Shown here in pieces: positions 19,771 to 29,714 of a DNA stretch of 64,000 nt. The position numbers and the translations under genes are program-made. Origin of the DNA: an uncultured virus (IMG/VR IMGVR_UViG_2724679563_000003) (Duplodnaviria > Heunggongvirae > Uroviricota > Caudoviricetes); the IMG/VR virus record IMGVR_UViG_2724679563_000003, positions 62,001-126,000 of that record; one strand, given 5' to 3'. Under the pieces are notes generated by a model. The model did no database searches and had not been told where the DNA came from. It was given only the letters and a program-made list of their open reading frames with translations. Within the stretch, counting starts at the first letter, position 1. Every line of letters starts with the position of its first letter.

Positions 19771-20748
19771 TTAAGACTTTAGATTAAATATCTCATTTAT
19801 TACTTTATTTCTAAACTCATCACTTATTGGACTTCCAGCAGCATTAGGATGTCCTCCACCTTCGAATATTTCAGCTACATCTTTTCCTAAGTCTACCTTG
19901 TTACCTATGTTTCTATAGCTAATTGCCTTACTCATATTTATAATAACTATAAAATCTAATTCGGGATGTGTTTCAGATAATCTATTTCCAACTTCTGAAT
20001 GATATTGCTCTCCAAATATAATACCTGCTTTATATCCTAATATATCTTTAACTATTAATTCTTTATCTTTAGATTTTATATAATTATCAATTTCTCTTTG
20101 TTTATATTTTAATAATTGCAGATCAAAATCACTAAATCCAAAAATATCATAGTGGGTTAATCTATATAGTATACTTTCTATAAAATCTTCTCTACCCATT
20201 ATATAAAATAAATCATTCCACTGTTTAGGAATTAAATAATTTTCTTCTTTCCATTGCCATATATCATATTTTCTAACAATTTCAACAAATGTCTCTATAT
20301 TAGTATATTGATTATATACTACTGCATGTGAATCTAAGTATCTATTTTCTTTTAAATAGTCATAAAACATTCTAGTTCCAGAAGTTTTTTCTTTATCATT
20401 TAAATTTATTTGAACTTTCGCCCAATCATACTTGTTTAGTTCTAATGCTGTTGGATGATGGTCAAGTAATTGAATATCAGGATTATAAGTTTCATCTGTG
20501 TAATACTGTTTTATTATCGTAGCTATTTTTTCATTTACAGATATATCTGTTATAAATATTTTATCATATTCATTCTTTTCTGCTCCCATATAAAATTCTT
20601 TAACCTTTTCATTAACATCATCATAATTACAATATTCAATGTTTATATTATCTTTTCCATAAGCTAAAATTCCTAAAATAGCACAACCTATTCCATCTAA
20701 ATCTGTATGAGTAAATAATTTTATTTTTTTCATATAGATTACCTCCAT
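19771..20748 (-). CDS. DHH/DHHA1 phosphoesterase (NrnB/oligoribonuclease-like)
   Basis: 'HTDLDG', 'ITDIS', 'LLDHH', 'GGGHPNAAG'. Confidence 0.9.
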   Translation of the reverse strand: MEVIYMKKIKLFTHTDLDGIGCAILGILAYGKDNINIEYCNYDDVNEKVKEFYMGAEKNEYDKIFITDISVNEKIATIIKQYYTDETYNPDIQLLDHHPTALELNKYDWAKVQINLNDKEKTSGTRMFYDYLKENRYLDSHAVVYNQYTNIETFVEIVRKYDIWQWKEENYLIPKQWNDLFYIMGREDFIESILYRLTHYDIFGFSDFDLQLLKYKQREIDNYIKSKDKELIVKDILGYKAGIIFGEQYHSEVGNRLSETHPELDFIVIINMSKAISYRNIGNKVDLGKDVAEIFEGGGHPNAAGSPISDEFRNKVINEIFNLKS

Positions 20749-20757
20749 TAAATTTAT

Positions 20758-21210
20758 TTATATTCTGTTTTTTACAATTTTAAAAGGTATATGTTTATTT
20801 TCCTTCTCATAGATGCTCAATTGTATTGTATTAACTTTAGTACCTTCTATGAAGTCCCAATCCCTATGCACTTTACAATATTTTTCTGCTTTGTTTTTTA
20901 TTGTTACAGGAAATATTTCTATAACTTTATTCTTTATTTTATAAATATAATATATATGTTCTGCATTTTGCAGTAAGTTTATCTCATCCTCTTCAAACAT
21001 ATAATCTCCATCTAAGTTATAAGAATTTACATCATTACTACCTCTTGATAGTCTGGTAATTACATGTTGCCCTATTGAATTATTATTAAATTGAGATATT
21101 TCCATAAATGCTTGAGGATATATTTGCTGTTTTCTTAGTTTCTTTTTCAATATATTAAAATTAATTTCTACATTGTCACCTATATTAAATTTTGGTTTTG
21201 TTGATTTCAT
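20758..21210 (-). CDS. Hypothetical protein
   Basis: AAAGGAG RBS; 'PKFNIGDNV' N-terminus common in phage proteins. Confidence 0.65.
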   Translation of the reverse strand: MKSTKPKFNIGDNVEINFNILKKKLRKQQIYPQAFMEISQFNNNSIGQHVITRLSRGSNDVNSYNLDGDYMFEEDEINLLQNAEHIYYIYKIKNKVIEIFPVTIKNKAEKYCKVHRDWDFIEGTKVNTIQLSIYEKENKHIPFKIVKNRI

Positions 21211-21365
21211 TATATTATCTCCTTTCTATTTCTATATAAATATTCATTTGTTTTTCATGTATATATATTTATTAAATGGTTATTATAATAAATATAAATG
21301 GAATTATCAATAAGTATATTTTCATAAGAAAAATATACAATTATTGAACATTTAAACACATTTTT

Positions 21366-21413
21366 TCAAAATAAGAGTGGAAATAAATTTTTCTACTCTT
21401 ATTTTGATTTTTT
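21366..21413. terminator. Terminator hairpin
   Basis: TCAAAATAAGAGTGGAAA...TTTCTACTCTTATTTTGA. Confidence 0.65.
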
Positions 21414-21477
21414 GCTATAAAAAAGTATTTTATCATTAAATTATTTTGTATTGTTGTAAAAGCAATATTTTATTAAA

Positions 21478-21750
21478 TTAATTTTTATAGTCATTCCACT
21501 TATCAGATAGTTCTTTTAGAACTTCGTTTAAAGGTTTATATGTATTATCATTGTTATTTATATCGATATCAAAATTTTCTTTTAAAATTTGTTTTAAATG
21601 ACTTATATTATTTGTTTTTATTTTATCTAATACTAATCTTTTACTTTTTCCTTTTTTTATGTAATGATTTCTTACTGTTTTATAATCCTCTTTTAGTATC
21701 CGAGAACATCGTTTTATTTCTTTACTTAGCTGTTTTTGATATTTATTCAA
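21478..21750 (-). CDS. Hypothetical basic protein
   Basis: AAGGAGG RBS, TTG start. Confidence 0.6.
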   Translation of the reverse strand: MNKYQKQLSKEIKRCSRILKEDYKTVRNHYIKKGKSKRLVLDKIKTNNISHLKQILKENFDIDINNNDNTYKPLNEVLKELSDKWNDYKN

Positions 21751-21782
21751 TCTTAAAACCTCCTTAATTTTTCTCTTTTTTC

Positions 21783-22100
21783 TTAAAGTTTAGCTAATAA
21801 CTCATTTATTCTTTTTGTTAATTTCTTTTTAATTCTAAATTTTTTAGTTTTATCATAAATATTTATTAGATTTATAATTTGTGCTTTATATGTTAGTTCT
21901 TCTATAAAGCTTTTACATGCTTTAATACTTTCATTTGCTAATTCTATAGATATAGGTTTATTTAACAACTCTATTGTATTTTGAATGTTATTTGATTGAT
22001 TTTCTTCTATGTTCTCAAAATATGTTTTATCTATAGATGCATCGAAAGGTTGTCCATCAATATATACGGTACATTTGTCAAAGAATATATCTTCTCCCAT
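21783..22100 (-). CDS. Hypothetical protein
   Basis: AAAGGAG RBS. Confidence 0.65.
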   Translation of the reverse strand: MGEDIFFDKCTVYIDGQPFDASIDKTYFENIEENQSNNIQNTIELLNKPISIELANESIKACKSFIEELTYKAQIINLINIYDKTKKFRIKKKLTKRINELLAKL

Positions 22101-22121
22101 ATTATCAACTCCTTTATTAAA

Positions 22122-22325
22122 TTATTTTAACTTACTTTTCATAGTTTCCAATACATATTTTTGAATATCCTCATCTCTAAAGCCTGTACTTCTTAAAAAC
22201 ATAATAAATCCCTCTGTTAATAATTCTATGTCATTTCTACTTTCTAAAACTTTTTTATCATATGTATGTTCCATAGTGCATAATTGATTAAATCTATCTG
22301 TATAATTAAAATTTACTTTTATCAT
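22122..22325 (-). CDS. Hypothetical protein
   Basis: AGGAGGG RBS. Confidence 0.6.
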   Translation of the reverse strand: MIKVNFNYTDRFNQLCTMEHTYDKKVLESRNDIELLTEGFIMFLRSTGFRDEDIQKYVLETMKSKLK

Positions 22326-22921
22326 TTAAACTTCCCTCCTATTTTAAACTGTTATAAGTTGACCTATGAACCCTATCGAGAATCCTAATCCTATTATTAC
22401 TGCTATTAAACTAAGTATAATGATAGCTACCTCTTTTTCTTTAATTCCTACTATTAACCCCCATAATCCTCCAATAAAAACTAATAAAGAACATAGCGAA
22501 ATCATTATTAAACCAATTATCATTTTAACCTCCTTGCATTTGGATAAAATTAACTTTTTATGTTATCTATTAATAACATTTAATTCTAAAATATCTTCTA
22601 AAACACATACTTCTTGTCTAAGAGTTTTGTAGATAAGAATATTTTCCGTATCTCCTTTTTCCAAACTATCAGCTTGTTTTCTTAATATATTTATTAATCG
22701 TTTTTCTATTTGTTCTTGGGTTTTCAAACTATTACACCTCTCTTTTTATAAAGCTTTTTCCGTTACATTGTCTACATGGAAAAATAAAATTATGTTTGAT
22801 ATAAGGATTATTACTACTATGTACAATTCTAATATTATACTTTAAACATTTATGATCTATTCTTTTATCTATTTGTTCTTCTTCAGTTAAATTAATAAAT
22901 TGACATTCATTACAATTAATG

Positions 22922-23440
22922 TTATCTATATTCGTCATTGTATATCTCCCTCATAGTTTTTCCTCCACCTTTTATAATGGGCAAACCATATTTGTTTTCA
23001 GATATAATACTTTGTTTTTGATTATTAACTTCTTCTTGTGCTATTTTACAAGCTACTTGCCATAAAGCGTGTAATAAATCATATCCTAAATTATCTCCAT
23101 AATCTTTATCAATATATCCATCTTTCTTAAACGTTTGAATAGTTGTTTGCATATTAATTGTAGGAGTAATTATTAACAAACCATCTTCTGTTTTATCCTC
23201 TATAAATTGTATTAATTGCCCTTCTGTTAATAGTGGTAAAAATGTGTTGTCTTTAGTTGCATTTTTTAGGGTTTCGTTATCTTGTATACAACTCTTATAA
23301 ATACCGTTTACGTAAGTATCTTTATCGCTCCTAAAATCTCTAAAAAACAAATCATACATTTGTGGCTGCCACCATTTTCTTAATATTTCTTGTATTCCTT
23401 TAGGCTGTTTAAAAAAATCTTCAGCACTTATATAATTCAT
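22922..23440 (-). CDS. Hypothetical phage protein
   Basis: Overlapping start/stop with neighbours; 'LPLLTEGQLIQFIEDKT'. Confidence 0.65.
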   Translation of the reverse strand: MNYISAEDFFKQPKGIQEILRKWWQPQMYDLFFRDFRSDKDTYVNGIYKSCIQDNETLKNATKDNTFLPLLTEGQLIQFIEDKTEDGLLIITPTINMQTTIQTFKKDGYIDKDYGDNLGYDLLHALWQVACKIAQEEVNNQKQSIISENKYGLPIIKGGGKTMREIYNDEYR

Positions 23441-23853
23441 ATTATCCCTCCTTGAAGAGTATTTATCATAATTAATTCTTTAGCATCTTCGATATTGTTA
23501 TTAGTTAATGCTAAATAAAAATTAAATGTATCTTGACTTATAGGTAATGATTGTAGTGTTTTTATGTAATTTTCTTGATATTTACTCGCAGATATTAAAG
23601 CTGTATTATAATCTTGTCCTTGCAAAAGTAAGGACTTTAAATATGTTAGACTTTCCTTGTTAAATTGTTTTAAATTTAGTTGTTCTTTATTAGATATCAT
23701 TTTTATTTCAGTAATTAAGTTTTCTATTTCAATAACTTCTTGGCTAAACTTATTATATTTTAATAGATTACTATTACTTAAAAATTTATTTATCTTATCT
23801 TTGGTATTATTAAAAAATATCTTTTTAATCATATACACCCCCATCTGGTACAT
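23437..23853 (-). CDS. Hypothetical protein
   Basis: Packed ORF. Confidence 0.55.
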   Translation of the reverse strand: MYQMGVYMIKKIFFNNTKDKINKFLSNSNLLKYNKFSQEVIEIENLITEIKMISNKEQLNLKQFNKESLTYLKSLLLQGQDYNTALISASKYQENYIKTLQSLPISQDTFNFYLALTNNNIEDAKELIMINTLQGGII

Positions 23854-24106
23854 AATCTATTAATCCTGTTATTTCACATCTTTCAGATTTAATCCTATCG
23901 GGGTATTTATTCCAATTGATTGGACTTAATGTTATTTGGCAGCCTTGCTCCGCATTGAATTCTAAGTTATTTATCGCATTAGATATTTCATTCATTATGT
24001 CTTTAATTAATTGCTTCTCTATATTATATTTTTGATTACCTCTAGCACAATCTATAAAAGCATAGGTTTTAATTCTTTGGTATCTTGGTATTTTATTAAG
24101 TATCAT
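23825..24106 (-). CDS. Hypothetical protein
   Basis: AGGAGG RBS downstream of the promoter at 24144-24172. Confidence 0.6.
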   Translation of the reverse strand: MILNKIPRYQRIKTYAFIDCARGNQKYNIEKQLIKDIMNEISNAINNLEFNAEQGCQITLSPINWNKYPDRIKSERCEITGLIDYVPDGGVYD

Positions 24107-24143
24107 TTCTGTTTTTCCTCCTACTCTGTAACTTCACACTTAT

Positions 24144-24172
24144 ATATTATCAAATTATTTTATATTGATCAA
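24144..24172 (-). promoter_or_regulatory. Sigma-A promoter with box A in spacer
   Basis: TTGATC-aatATAAAATAATTTga-TAATAT. Confidence 0.65.
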
Positions 24173-24247
24173 GTATGCTTACTAAAGATATCATAATATT
24201 ATTTTAAAGCATTTTATACTATCTTTAGTAAGTCCATTGAAATTATA

Positions 24248-24952
24248 TTATTCTCTATCTTCTAATTCTCTTTTTGTTTCAAAGTAATTTTCTTCTAATA
24301 AATCTTTAATCACATTATTACAAAAATAGTTATATAAATCTAATCTTTCTTTTTGACTTTGTTTCATATTTTTTAAGCCTTGTTCAAGCATATTATAAAT
24401 ATTTTCAACATTTTCTTTTTTTATTTCTTTTTTTGAGTTTTTATGTTTTTCTTTTACTCTTTCAATTATCTCTTTTTCATTATATTTTATATTTTCTAAA
24501 AAACTCTTTTGTTCTAATATTTTTTCATTCACAGATAAAGGATTTCCTAAGTGTAATAAACTATTAGCAACTACACTCACAAACGCATTGATAGCAATAA
24601 TTTGACTTGTATTTTGAGCTATTTCTATACATTTTCTTTCTATTTGTTTTAATAGTTTATTTTTATCTTTTATTAAATTACCATTTATGTTTTTAATATA
24701 ATATATAGATGTAATCTCAATAATTGCATCTAATTTATCTTCTTCAAGATTATCTAATGATTCAAATAATCTATGAAGTGAATTGAATGGAAATTCTTTA
24801 ATATATTGGATATGATATGGATTCATATAATTTATAATCGCATCTTTTATTGTTTTTGAACATACTACATTGTTTGGCATATTATCCTCCCTTATTGTAT
24901 TAAAGTCTTTTATTTTGATTATATCATCCATTTTTGTAAATGTTAATATCAT
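24248..24952 (-). CDS. Hypothetical protein (orphan, helical)
   Basis: 234-aa ORF immediately after site B at 24971. Confidence 0.6.
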   Translation of the reverse strand: MILTFTKMDDIIKIKDFNTIREDNMPNNVVCSKTIKDAIINYMNPYHIQYIKEFPFNSLHRLFESLDNLEEDKLDAIIEITSIYYIKNINGNLIKDKNKLLKQIERKCIEIAQNTSQIIAINAFVSVVANSLLHLGNPLSVNEKILEQKSFLENIKYNEKEIIERVKEKHKNSKKEIKKENVENIYNMLEQGLKNMKQSQKERLDLYNYFCNNVIKDLLEENYFETKRELEDRE

Positions 24953-24991
24953 ATGTTATAATTTATGATATAAAATCTAAATTTTATATCG

Positions 24992-25303
24992 TTATTTATT
25001 TATATTTACATCATTTGAATCATCTTTTATTTTGCCAAATTCTCTATAATACTCATGATGATTGCATTTTGGATAATTTGAACAACCTCGGAATTTACCG
25101 TACTTACCTTTTCTGGTTATCATTTTACTACCACATTCAGAACAATATTTGTTCATATCTCCATAATCATCATATTCCTTTTCCAAATCATTCATGTTTT
25201 TTAACAAAGCTTCATATGTCCATCTAAGTATATTTTCAGATTCACCCTCATACCTAAATTCTATTATTTCTTTTAATTCCTCCCACATTTTCTTATAATA
25301 CAT
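24992..25303 (-). CDS. Topoisomerase-type C4 zinc-finger protein
   Basis: 'CSECGSKMITRKGKYGKFRGCSNYPKC'. Confidence 0.85.
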   Translation of the reverse strand: MYYKKMWEELKEIIEFRYEGESENILRWTYEALLKNMNDLEKEYDDYGDMNKYCSECGSKMITRKGKYGKFRGCSNYPKCNHHEYYREFGKIKDDSNDVNINK

Positions 25304-25318
25304 CTTTACCCTCCTAGA

Positions 25319-25699
25319 TTATCTATAATCAGTTTCTTCTAGTTCTTCTGCATCATATAACCCTTGTACATAATTCTTACAATTTCTAGCACTATCTTCT
25401 TCATTTAATATAGCTATTAAAGCACATTTATACATACAACAAAATCCATCATAGAATTTACAATTATAACAATCTTTTTTTATATTAGGTAGCTTATTAT
25501 AAATTTGATTAATACAATTTCTATAATTTTTAAGTTGAACCTTATATTTTTCACTTTTCACCACAATATTTTCAGGTACATAAGTTATTTTTACTCCATA
25601 TGATTGATGCTCCAAAGTATCTTCTTTTACTTTATCAGGCTTATAAGTTTCTATTTTTAAATCTTTTTTACTTAATCCAGTTGGCAAATATCCTTTCAT
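25319..25699 (-). CDS. Peptide chain release factor (RF-1)-like domain lacking GGQ, fused to a Cys-rich tail
   Basis: 'KDLKIETYK...GVKITYVPENIVVKS...QLKN' resembles the RF domain 3 'DLRIDTYR...AVRITHLPTGIVV...SQHKN'. Confidence 0.65.
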   Translation of the reverse strand: MKGYLPTGLSKKDLKIETYKPDKVKEDTLEHQSYGVKITYVPENIVVKSEKYKVQLKNYRNCINQIYNKLPNIKKDCYNCKFYDGFCCMYKCALIAILNEEDSARNCKNYVQGLYDAEELEETDYR

Positions 25700-25916
25700 T
25701 GTTTTTTATCCCTCCTCTATATTAATCTAATTTTTCTTAATATTTTACCTAAGAATGTTAGGTTCTCTTTAAAGGCTATTTTACAATACCAACATTCCCA
25801 TTCTTTATTTCCATCTACATATTCAGTTTCTATCATATTTTGTTTGCATAGTGGACATTTTTTTAGCATAGTTATATTTTCTCCTTATAATATTTTTGTA
25901 TTGTGTAGTAAAATTA

Positions 25917-26153
25917 TTATATTGTCGGATTTGTTATAGCCATCCAAAACTTGGGTTGTCTATAACTATATTTAAAAACATCTTCATTTACATCAAAATA
26001 ATAAAACCCCTCTTTTTCAAAAATAATATCACCATCAGCATATTTAAAATAATTTTGAAGACTATAAGTTTCATTTTTTATGTCTAAACACACTAAATAT
26101 TCCTTTTCATGTATCAATTTATTTTTAATATTGTCCCATTTCATTATTCTCAC
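25917..26153 (-). CDS. Hypothetical protein
   Basis: AAGGAG RBS. Confidence 0.55.
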   Translation of the reverse strand: MRIMKWDNIKNKLIHEKEYLVCLDIKNETYSLQNYFKYADGDIIFEKEGFYYFDVNEDVFKYSYRQPKFWMAITNPTI

Positions 26154-26200
26154 TCCTTCGTAATATTTTCATATTGTAATTCATTTCAATAACCATATAC

Positions 26201-26482
26201 TTATCTTAATTTAACTACACAATCAACATATTTACCCAAATCTCTATTTATTAATGATTCAATGTCAATAAAAACTTCTTGTGAAAAATTAGTATCATAT
26301 TTTCCTATTATTTGTTTGTGGTCTATTTTAGTTATTTCTATTAAATACATTTTTCCTGTTACATATTTTAAAAGTATTTTATCTCCTTTATTTAATTTTA
26401 AAATATCTTCCTTGCTTTTCAACTCTTCAATACTTATCATATAATTCACTTCCTTTAAATATCTCGTGTATACATCACGCAA
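26201..26482 (-). CDS. Hypothetical protein (likely start ATG 26440)
   Basis: AAGGAAGTG RBS before the internal Met. Confidence 0.55.
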   Translation of the reverse strand: MRDVYTRYLKEVNYMISIEELKSKEDILKLNKGDKILLKYVTGKMYLIEITKIDHKQIIGKYDTNFSQEVFIDIESLINRDLGKYVDCVVKLR

Positions 26483-26508
26483 GATACGTATTTATAATAT
26501 GTTTAACA

Positions 26509-26754
26509 CTACTTATTTTTATTTTCTTCTGATTTACAACTTCTTTCTATGCTCATACCCCAACCAGTTTGCCATGCGAAAACTAAACTAAATAAACCAA
26601 ATAATAAATTATTAGTTTTAAATGCATAAAACATTAATAAAATTGCTATAATCCATCCTGATATAAATGGTAATATTGATATACTTTCTGTAAATCCTAT
26701 ATCTTTAGGTCTGCCACTAAATATTTTAAAAAACTTATTAATTTTATTTTTCAT
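26509..26754 (-). CDS. Small membrane protein
   Basis: Two hydrophobic segments. Confidence 0.6.
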   Translation of the reverse strand: MKNKINKFFKIFSGRPKDIGFTESISILPFISGWIIAILLMFYAFKTNNLLFGLFSLVFAWQTGWGMSIERSCKSEENKNK

Positions 26755-26976
26755 ATAATCATTCCCTTTCTAAATTGTTTTGTTTTAATTGCAGATTACT
26801 ATAAATCATTTATTTTATTAAATTATTCTTTTTCATTTTAGAAACATATAATGCAGGATAAATATAAGATAAAGTATGTGCTGGTGTAAACTCTTGAATA
26901 CTCCAATTTTTATACATGTTTTCAAGAATTTTATTAACTTCCTCATCTACTTCTTTAATAATATCTTCCTTACTTA

Positions 26977-28209
26977 TCATTTTTTGCACCTCCAATACAA
27001 TAGTTCAGTATTGTAATTACTTTCATCTGGGGTGTCCTTCTTAATATAATAATTATTATATTTTATATTGATTTGATATTTATCCTTCAAATATTTGATT
27101 ATAATATTAAACTTTCTATTTTTTTGTAGCTTATCTTCATTTAATTTTACTAAAAATTCGTCTAATATAAAATGCGTTCTATTAATACCTGTTATAATTT
27201 TTTGTTCATTATTTATGTTGTATTCTAAAACCGTTTCAAATATTTTATATATTAATTTATCCATTTTTTGAAATAATTCAATTAATAAATTTTGTATTAA
27301 TTCATAACAATAATCTATTTCTTCTTGTCTATCTTTTGGAGTATCTTCATGGCGAAAAGTTGGCATATGTTTATTTAAATAATCTTTAGTTAAAGATTGA
27401 AATAATTTTATTATTGCTTCATAAGTATCAAAATCTGAGAATTTAGGAAGTATTAATTCTTTTATATAGCCTCTAAAAGCCATGTGACAATTATATTTTA
27501 CAATGTTGTCGTCTCCTCCTAAATAATAATATATATTTTGAAAATATAGATACACTCTACAACCTAATGTATCAACTTCCCATTTCTTTTCATTATTTGT
27601 ATTGATATATGTTTCACCCCAATTTACATCTTTAATAAGGTTTGGCAAATCAAAAGAATTATCAACTATCATTTTTGATATTAAATATATTCTTTCAATC
27701 CAATCATCAGTTAAAATTATTTCATTATTTTTATTTATTATTAAAAATTCATTTTCCAAATCATCTTGTTTATTTTTTCTTTCTCTTTCTTTTATTGCTT
27801 TTATACGCTTTTCTTCTGCAATCTGTTTTTGCCTTTCGATTTCTTGTTGTTTTCTTAATTCTTCTGCTTTTTTACGTTCTTCTTCTTTTTGTTTTTCTTT
27901 TGCTTCTCTTAACATTGATCTCAACATATCTGTATCTGAATGCCCACAAAAACTTGATAAAGCTGTTTCATATTGTAAAATTTCTTTTTCTGTTCTACAA
28001 TTTTTATATTTGCCACCCAAATAAGGATTCTCCATTGTTGTAAAAGAATCAGAAAGTAAATGGTCATAATACAAAAAAGTATTTGGATTAGTGCAATCAT
28101 ATACTGTAACATTAAAAAAATCATCTTGAATTTTCTTAATCATTTTACTATTATATTCATCTCTTGCAATGCTTGACTCTAAAGCCTTTTCTATTTCTTC
28201 TATTGTCAT
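26977..28209 (-). CDS. Hypothetical protein with central coiled coil
   Basis: 410 aa; E/K/R-rich heptads; AGGAGTG RBS preceded by box A and site B. Confidence 0.75.
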   Translation of the reverse strand: MTIEEIEKALESSIARDEYNSKMIKKIQDDFFNVTVYDCTNPNTFLYYDHLLSDSFTTMENPYLGGKYKNCRTEKEILQYETALSSFCGHSDTDMLRSMLREAKEKQKEEERKKAEELRKQQEIERQKQIAEEKRIKAIKERERKNKQDDLENEFLIINKNNEIILTDDWIERIYLISKMIVDNSFDLPNLIKDVNWGETYINTNNEKKWEVDTLGCRVYLYFQNIYYYLGGDDNIVKYNCHMAFRGYIKELILPKFSDFDTYEAIIKLFQSLTKDYLNKHMPTFRHEDTPKDRQEEIDYCYELIQNLLIELFQKMDKLIYKIFETVLEYNINNEQKIITGINRTHFILDEFLVKLNEDKLQKNRKFNIIIKYLKDKYQINIKYNNYYIKKDTPDESNYNTELLYWRCKK

Positions 28210-28279
28210 CTTTTACTCACTCCTATCGTTAAATTATTTTACGTTATAAAAGAATGGTTTTATTAACTTATTTATGTAA

Positions 28280-28867
28280 TTAATCTTCCTTGATATACCA
28301 TTCTCCTTCAGCTATTAAATAAGGGGTTATACTATCTTCTTCAGCGATACACCATGCATCTCTCACAAAAGAAGGTATATATTCTTTTGTTTCTTCTTTT
28401 TTATTTAAAGAATTTATATACTTAACTTTTATAGTTTTACCTTGTTCAAAAGCTTTCATGGCTTCTATACACTCTACTTTCTTATCTTTTTTAACTAATT
28501 TGAATTTACTTTTAAGCCATTCTGAAGTTATATAACATTTGTCCCATATTTTTTCGTAATCATCATCCTTTACCATTAAAAATCCATTTTCAAACTTAAT
28601 TACAAGCCTATCTTCTTCCAAATAAACTTCAAATTCAGTACGTTCTGGAAATTCTATTGCTTCATGTATAGAATATTCTCTATCATAATCTATTTTATTT
28701 TCAATTGTATTATTATTTACGAAAAAAGCTTTCAAATAAAATTCTTTCTTACCATAATTAATGTCCCAATCTACTATTTTATACCCTAATTTTTCATAAT
28801 GCTCTTTTGTTTTTTGCCATTCTCCATCATTGTCGAAAATCATTTCTACACATTGTTCTCTTAACAT
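28280..28867 (-). CDS. Hypothetical phage protein
   Basis: AAGGAG RBS; 'EAMKAFEQGKTIK...EGEWYI' phage-type repeat module. Confidence 0.7.
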   Translation of the reverse strand: MLREQCVEMIFDNDGEWQKTKEHYEKLGYKIVDWDINYGKKEFYLKAFFVNNNTIENKIDYDREYSIHEAIEFPERTEFEVYLEEDRLVIKFENGFLMVKDDDYEKIWDKCYITSEWLKSKFKLVKKDKKVECIEAMKAFEQGKTIKVKYINSLNKKEETKEYIPSFVRDAWCIAEEDSITPYLIAEGEWYIKED

Positions 28868-29034
28868 ATTATCTTCTCTCCTTAAATTTAATATTTTTTA
28901 TTTATTAACCTTATGTATTAGAGTGTTATTATCCAAGTTTTTGACTTAACTTAAAAGCACATACAAAACATAATATTGTAAAACAACATATAAATAAATT
29001 AATAATTAAATCTATCATTTGTTCACCACTTTCT

Positions 29035-29250
29035 TCATATTGTTTTATTAAATTGTTTATAGATAAGTTTAAATATATCACATCCTAAACACATTATTAA
29101 ACATAATGTTGCAACTGAATTTATTATAGGACATAAAGCAACTATAACATCTTTTATTGATATTTTATGGTTTATATCGTGTTTCATATATAAACCACAC
29201 AATAAACTTCCTATTAAAGAAATTATGTAAATTGATATTAAAGTATTCAT
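29035..29250 (-). CDS. Small membrane protein
   Basis: Hydrophobic; AAGGAG RBS downstream of promoter. Confidence 0.6.
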   Translation of the reverse strand: MNTLISIYIISLIGSLLCGLYMKHDINHKISIKDVIVALCPIINSVATLCLIMCLGCDIFKLIYKQFNKTI

Positions 29251-29275
29251 ATTTTCTCTCTCCTTTCATGATTCT

Positions 29276-29304
29276 ACATTACCAAATTATTTTATATTAG
29301 TCAA
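29276..29304 (-). promoter_or_regulatory. Sigma-A promoter with box A in spacer
   Basis: TTGACT-aatATAAAATAATTTgg-TAATGT. Confidence 0.7.
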
Positions 29305-29341
29305 GCTTTAAATAATGTTTTTAAAAATTATTGCATATAAG

Positions 29342-29370
29342 AATAGCTCCCTGAAAATCAAGGAGCTATT
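29342..29370. terminator. Terminator-like hairpin
   Basis: AATAGCTCC...GGAGCTATT. Confidence 0.55.
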
Positions 29371-29392
29371 AATTGATGTCTATTTATTTAAT

Positions 29393-29695
29393 TTAAAACA
29401 TGACAAAATAAAATATAAAATAAGCTATAATACCTACGCCATAACAAATTGCTAACAGTCCCCAAATAACCCTAATAAAAGCTGGATCAATATTAAAGTA
29501 TTCAGCAATTCCACTGCAAACCCCAAGTATCTTCTTATCTTCTGATAATTTTAATTTTTTAGGCGGTTTGTTTTCCTTTGTTTGTTGAGTAATAGTTGAA
29601 TTATTATCTATAGCTTTGATAATGTTTATATCTTTCACGAAAGGTATAGATAATAAAATAAAAACTAATAATATTGATAACATTTTATATCTCAT
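29393..29695 (-). CDS. PspC-domain membrane protein with N-terminal signal/TM segment
   Basis: 'KLKLSEDKKILGVCSGIAEYFNIDPAFIRVIW...GIIAY'. Confidence 0.88.
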   Translation of the reverse strand: MRYKMLSILLVFILLSIPFVKDINIIKAIDNNSTITQQTKENKPPKKLKLSEDKKILGVCSGIAEYFNIDPAFIRVIWGLLAICYGVGIIAYFIFYFVMF

Positions 29696-29714
29696 TTAAT
29701 TTTCCTCCTGCTAT

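Noticed and set aside
26454..26496. Small hairpin loosely resembling a solitary CRISPR repeat (RNA anti-CRISPR)
   Set aside because: The match needs gaps and is too short in AT-rich DNA to support.
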